Shown here: in pieces, positions 9,101 through 13,935 of the stretch
Layout of the letters: each line of letters begins with the position of its first letter
How positions within the stretch are numbered: position 1 is the stretch's first letter
DNA from: Ramazzottius varieornatus
Taxonomy: Eukaryota > Animalia > Tardigrada
Length of the DNA: 13,935 bases
Assembly: GCA_001949185.1 (NCBI GenBank)
Contig: BDGG01000031.1
Coordinates: 1 to 13,935 of the forward strand
Direction: 5' to 3'
The notes under the pieces: generated by a model
Told to the model about the DNA's origin: nothing
Database searches by the model: none
What the model saw: the letters and a program-made list of their open reading frames with translations, nothing else
Position numbers and translations under genes: made by a program

Positions 9101-10608
9101 CTACATATTTGTTCCACCAAGCCTAGCTGATATTTGGTTTTGACCAAGACAGCGATTTTGTTTGATATTAATTTTCGACTCACAATTTTCCCTTTGAAAA
9201 TTTCCAGCAGGCCGCTCAGCGTTTGCAGCCTCTCAGGAATTTTCTGGAGGTCGATGATTTCATACAAAGTACGAAACCCGGACACCTCAGAGACCCCGAC
9301 GAACATCTGCCGCAGTGGCTCGTCGAACTGGAGGAACATCGGGATCGGACTACAGCAAACAAGAATAAAACAGTCAACCGAAGATTTATGTCTGCAGAAA
9401 CCCACCATTTCGTATTCGAGACTGCCATCACGATGGAACTATGCAGAATTTTCAACCGGTCTTCACTGACTTTGTAGTCGATCTTGTTGAAGGGCGAGGA
9501 AGTCATCACTACGAAATCCGCCAAGCCAAACCTAGAAAAAGTCAGAAGTTGGCAGCACACTACTACCTCCTTTTCGCTGGGATATTTCCGGCATAGTACC
9601 ATCTCGCCAGTGGATGCAGGGTTGCAGACAGAGGGAAGTCGTTCTCTGTCGACAGCATCTGTTCGAAGATGGGTGGAAACTGGTCCACAGAAAACGATGC
9701 TGCAACGACGATAATTCTTCAGTACTAGAAAAATTAATATCTTCCTCAAGGATACGAATCACCCTCACTGTGGCTGAGGGAGGCGAATCTTGGAGCAGAA
9801 GCGAGGACATTGTCTCCTTCCAGCGAACTCTGCTTCACGATCGAGGTGAGAGCCGACACATCCGTCTTTTCGTCTGGCCTTAACTGAAACCTCTTGACAA
9901 TGAATTCGTAGTCCGGTACGTCCGTGATGTCGGTTGAGTATTCCTTCCACTTGTTGGTCACAAACGAACCCTGTCGAACAGAAAAAAAGACGACGTTACG
10001 GCATGATCCAAGTCCCGCCTCACTCACGCAGGCCGTTAGCGCATTTTTGAACTTAGTACTATGGCATGGCCGCATGTACTCGCGCACCAGCGTACACCTT
10101 GACATCATGCGCCACCGCAAAATAATATATCATATTTCATTTATGGTTTTACGTTACTACATTTGTCTAAGATGTTTCTTACTTCCTACCTTTGATAGCT
10201 TTGTTTCGGGCACCAGCCTTGGTAATTTCCATTCGTTGATCACATCCTCAAGTCGAGCGATCAGTCTACAAAGTGAAAGAGTCTTCAGTAAAGATTAGTG
10301 CCATCAAGCAAAGTCCACCCCATCAGTTCGGATCAAACCGCGCAGAAATATGGTGTTCCGACCCGCCAAGATGCGCCACTGTTCGAGGTGTCCAGTTAAT
10401 CTTTCTCTTACCGTTCCCAGTCCGATGCAGTAGTGAAATCCGTAATCTCGAACACCTCATTAGGATCCTGTAACCGCGAGCAATCATTCTATCGTGTGCT
10501 TCCCGAAAACGGAGAATGTACGCAGACATGACATACCTCGATGCTCTCGTCATCATCCGCGTTGTTGTGAAACTTTGCTCGTGCGTCTTTCTCTTCCAGC
10601 GATACCAT
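6136..10608 (-). CDS. RAB3GAP1: Rab3 GTPase-activating protein catalytic subunit (multi-exon)
   Basis: First exons 10608-10537 (MVSLEEK...ESIE), 10467-10412 (DPNEVFEITDFTTASDWER), 10265-10190 (LIARLEDVINEWKL) and 9970-9763. Later motifs ENDFP...HPLARWFG, LLHQKLQMLKCCI, IPVTQEPAPMTED, SDMSAFKAANPGCVFEDFVRWHSPRDW and RRQKRLFD. C-terminus RMFASLSERDIRIAGAFSEDLLYG*. Not all internal exon boundaries were mapped. Confidence 0.95.
7842..8041. repeat. Intronic ~60-bp degenerate direct repeat with inverted sub-copy
   Basis: AAACCTGCATACAG...CCCTACA...ACGGT(A/G)CTCGAGTA...GTGCT(T/C)GCAA at ~7843-7902 and ~7982-8041. Partial copy near 7914 and an inverted TGTATGCAGGTT near 7954. Lies in a RAB3GAP1 intron. 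Confidence 0.7.
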
Positions 10609-11363
10609 GATGAACCACACGGAAAAGATCCTCCCACGTTCGATCCCCTGCACTTATCTCCACTTGGAAATTCTTCAACGTTCAACCGAACAGAACAGGA
10701 GTAAAGGAGCAAAGGAGCAACGGAGCATGACGGACAGTCGGACTTCCCATTTCCAAAAGCAAACAATTACAAATCAAGAAAACGACGAAACAGCTGATTT
10801 TGATTGTTGATTGAACCCGTCTTGTGACCACCAGCCTGCATTGCAAGTGCCGAAAAGCAGGCAGCTTTTCCGGGTCCCCGTTGAAAGTAACGAGTATCTT
10901 TCTGGAAGGTTTCTTCGACCTTGTTGCATAAGCTTGTGTAGAATATAAACGTGACACACTAGCCTCTTGTTCACTTGTGAGACCGGTTCGAAGCCCACGC
11001 ATAAGGTGACAACCGACATAATTCCAGCGCACTTGGATGCATATGGCGCGACCTGGCTCCTAATTGAGAACCTCACCACAGATTGAACAACAACGTGCTG
11101 TACAGACGCGCAGGAATGACGATACCATCATGACAGGAAAGACAGACAGACCGTCTGATTACTGCCGATGAATTGCAAATTTTGTACAGCTGTGTTAACT
11201 GCAAGATATCGACTGTGTAATTCGAAACATTTCTTACAGTTATTCCGTTTCCTTTTTTATGGCAAGTTTCCCTTCGCACTTGCTTCGAACGTCTTCAGCG
11301 CTGTAAACATTCAGCCTTTTCGTCTTCTCTGGAGTCTACCCTGCAAGAGCTCACCACGTAATC
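10609..11363. promoter_or_regulatory. Short divergent (head-to-head) intergenic region containing the 5' UTRs and promoters of RAB3GAP1 and the OYE gene
   Basis: 755 bp separate the two inferred, oppositely oriented ATGs. No specific promoter motif was identified. Confidence 0.5.
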
Positions 11364-12975
<1,612 letters not shown>

Positions 12976-13220
12976 TGGTAAATCAACGTGCGAGCTTGAC
13001 TTCTCTCGCCGGGAAGGCCTTTACTTGGGCAATCCACCACCTTATCAAGGCTTGAACTGCGACCGCACGGACCAACTGAAACCAACTATCAGGCTGTCCT
13101 CCGTATACTTTTGCTGTCTCTTGCTCTTAAGACCTCCCGGAATATTCCAGGCTAACCTAGCTCAAGATGGGAAAAGAAGTATGAAATAGGGAACGAAATC
13201 TGGAATGACTGTATTCCGCA

Positions 13221-13935
13221 TACGAGGAGCAGGCAGTGGAGTGGACACCCCAAAAATTGACATCGGAGTGGACACAGCCATAACCCAGTAACCGATGGGT
13301 CGATTTGCTTTGCTTATTGCTCAAACGACAGATAAAACCTTAACAACTTGTTTGCTACCACACAAAAGCTGAGAGAGTTTCCAGAACGTCAGATTTTTCG
13401 TTCGCGAGCAGGAAGACTCGAACCAATGTTAAAGAGCCTACGACAGAAAGTCACAAAGGGCCGCCAGGGGCGCGCATGTCTTCGCTTGCTGTCATGATGA
13501 CTACGTCACCGGGCATTTTCATGCTCTCTAATGCCGTCTGAATGAAAGAAATCGTCTTGATGACGTACTTCCGACAGAATTTTCATTTCGCACGGTATGG
13601 TGATGGACTACTGTGCCAAATATCATAAAGGATTCCTGTAAGTTGTAACTCATCTTCCTGATCTTTATGATGGCTTCTTCCAAACTCAAGACTGCTGCCG
13701 AGGTCAGCAGAGAACTAATGGATTCTGCTCTCTACGCGGTAAAGAAATCTGGAGTAAGCAAGAAGCTTGCGGCGAAGCTCTTTGGAGTGTCTCGAACGAC
13801 GCTCGGCAGACGTCTCCAGAATCCGCGTCCAGAACGACATGGTGGCCGAACAAAGTTTCCAGCTCAGGTGGAAGACGAGCTCGTGGATCTGCTCACTTCT
13901 TGCTGTATCATGGGGATTCCCCTTAATCGCTATCA
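13221..13935 (+). mobile_element. 5' part of a pogo-family DNA transposon (TA at 13221-13222, left TIR 13223-13275)
   Basis: TA|CGAGGAGCAGGCAGTGGAGTGGACACCCC... is the inverted match of 774-828, and a transposase ORF follows at 13667. Confidence 0.8.
13667..13935 (+). CDS. Pogo/Tc5-like transposase N-terminus (HTH_psq plus start of CENP-B-type HTH); runs off the window
   Basis: Hand translation (absent from the ORF track): MMASSKLKTAAEVSRELMDSALYAVKKSGVSKKLAAKLFGVSRTTLGRRLQNPRPERHGGRTKFPAQVEDELVDLLTSCCIMGIPLNRY. It fits the psq pattern A..av..g.S.r.AAk.fGVsrtTL..R, the GR linker and E..Lv..l......G.pl. Confidence 0.88.
   Translation, partial: MMASSKLKTAAEVSRELMDSALYAVKKSGVSKKLAAKLFGVSRTTLGRRLQNPRPERHGGRTKFPAQVEDELVDLLTSCCIMGIPLNRY

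Noticed and set aside
6982-10810. Numerous + strand ORFs over RAB3GAP1
   Set aside because: They are antisense shadows of RAB3GAP1 exons with no independent motifs.
10932-11006. tRNA- or SINE-like sequence (GGTTCGAAGCCC B-box, weak acceptor stem)
   Set aside because: No convincing A-box, D arm or anticodon arm can be folded by eye. tRNAscan-SE would settle it.
13150-13222. Sequence left of the right-hand transposon as the missing 5' half of the globin exon (tandem or circular unit)
   Set aside because: In the required frame there is a TGA at 13206-13208 and no similarity to the domain-2 B/C helix exon.
13402-13476. Minus-strand tRNA-like sequence (GGTTCGAGTC)
   Set aside because: Only the B-box-like motif is present, the stems are poor, and it lies inside the transposon 5' region.

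Overview
Intron-containing eukaryotic (most likely small-invertebrate animal) genomic DNA with many short GT-AG introns, so the six-frame ORF track is mostly exon fragments or spurious. Host identity is not provable from this window; a tardigrade-like compact genome is only a guess. Left to right: (1) the 3' end of a probable pogo/Tc5-type transposon (1-828); (2) a hidden 7-exon + strand gene (827-3200) that I reconstructed by hand, which encodes two tandem globin-fold-like domains that keep the canonical B12.2/G7.0 globin intron positions but appear to lack both heme-ligating histidines; it seems to be cut at its 5' end by the transposon and carries two MITEs in its introns; (3) a cluster of non-autonomous DNA transposons: a ~1 kb foldback, a hAT element with a perfect 8-bp TSD, and a TA-flanked MITE; (4) RAB3GAP1 on the - strand (6136-10608); (5) head-to-head with it, a YqjM/NamA-type Old Yellow Enzyme with four introns (11364-12975), a horizontal-transfer candidate with one apparently broken splice donor; (6) the 5' end of a pogo-type transposon (13221-13935) whose TIR matches the one at 774-828.
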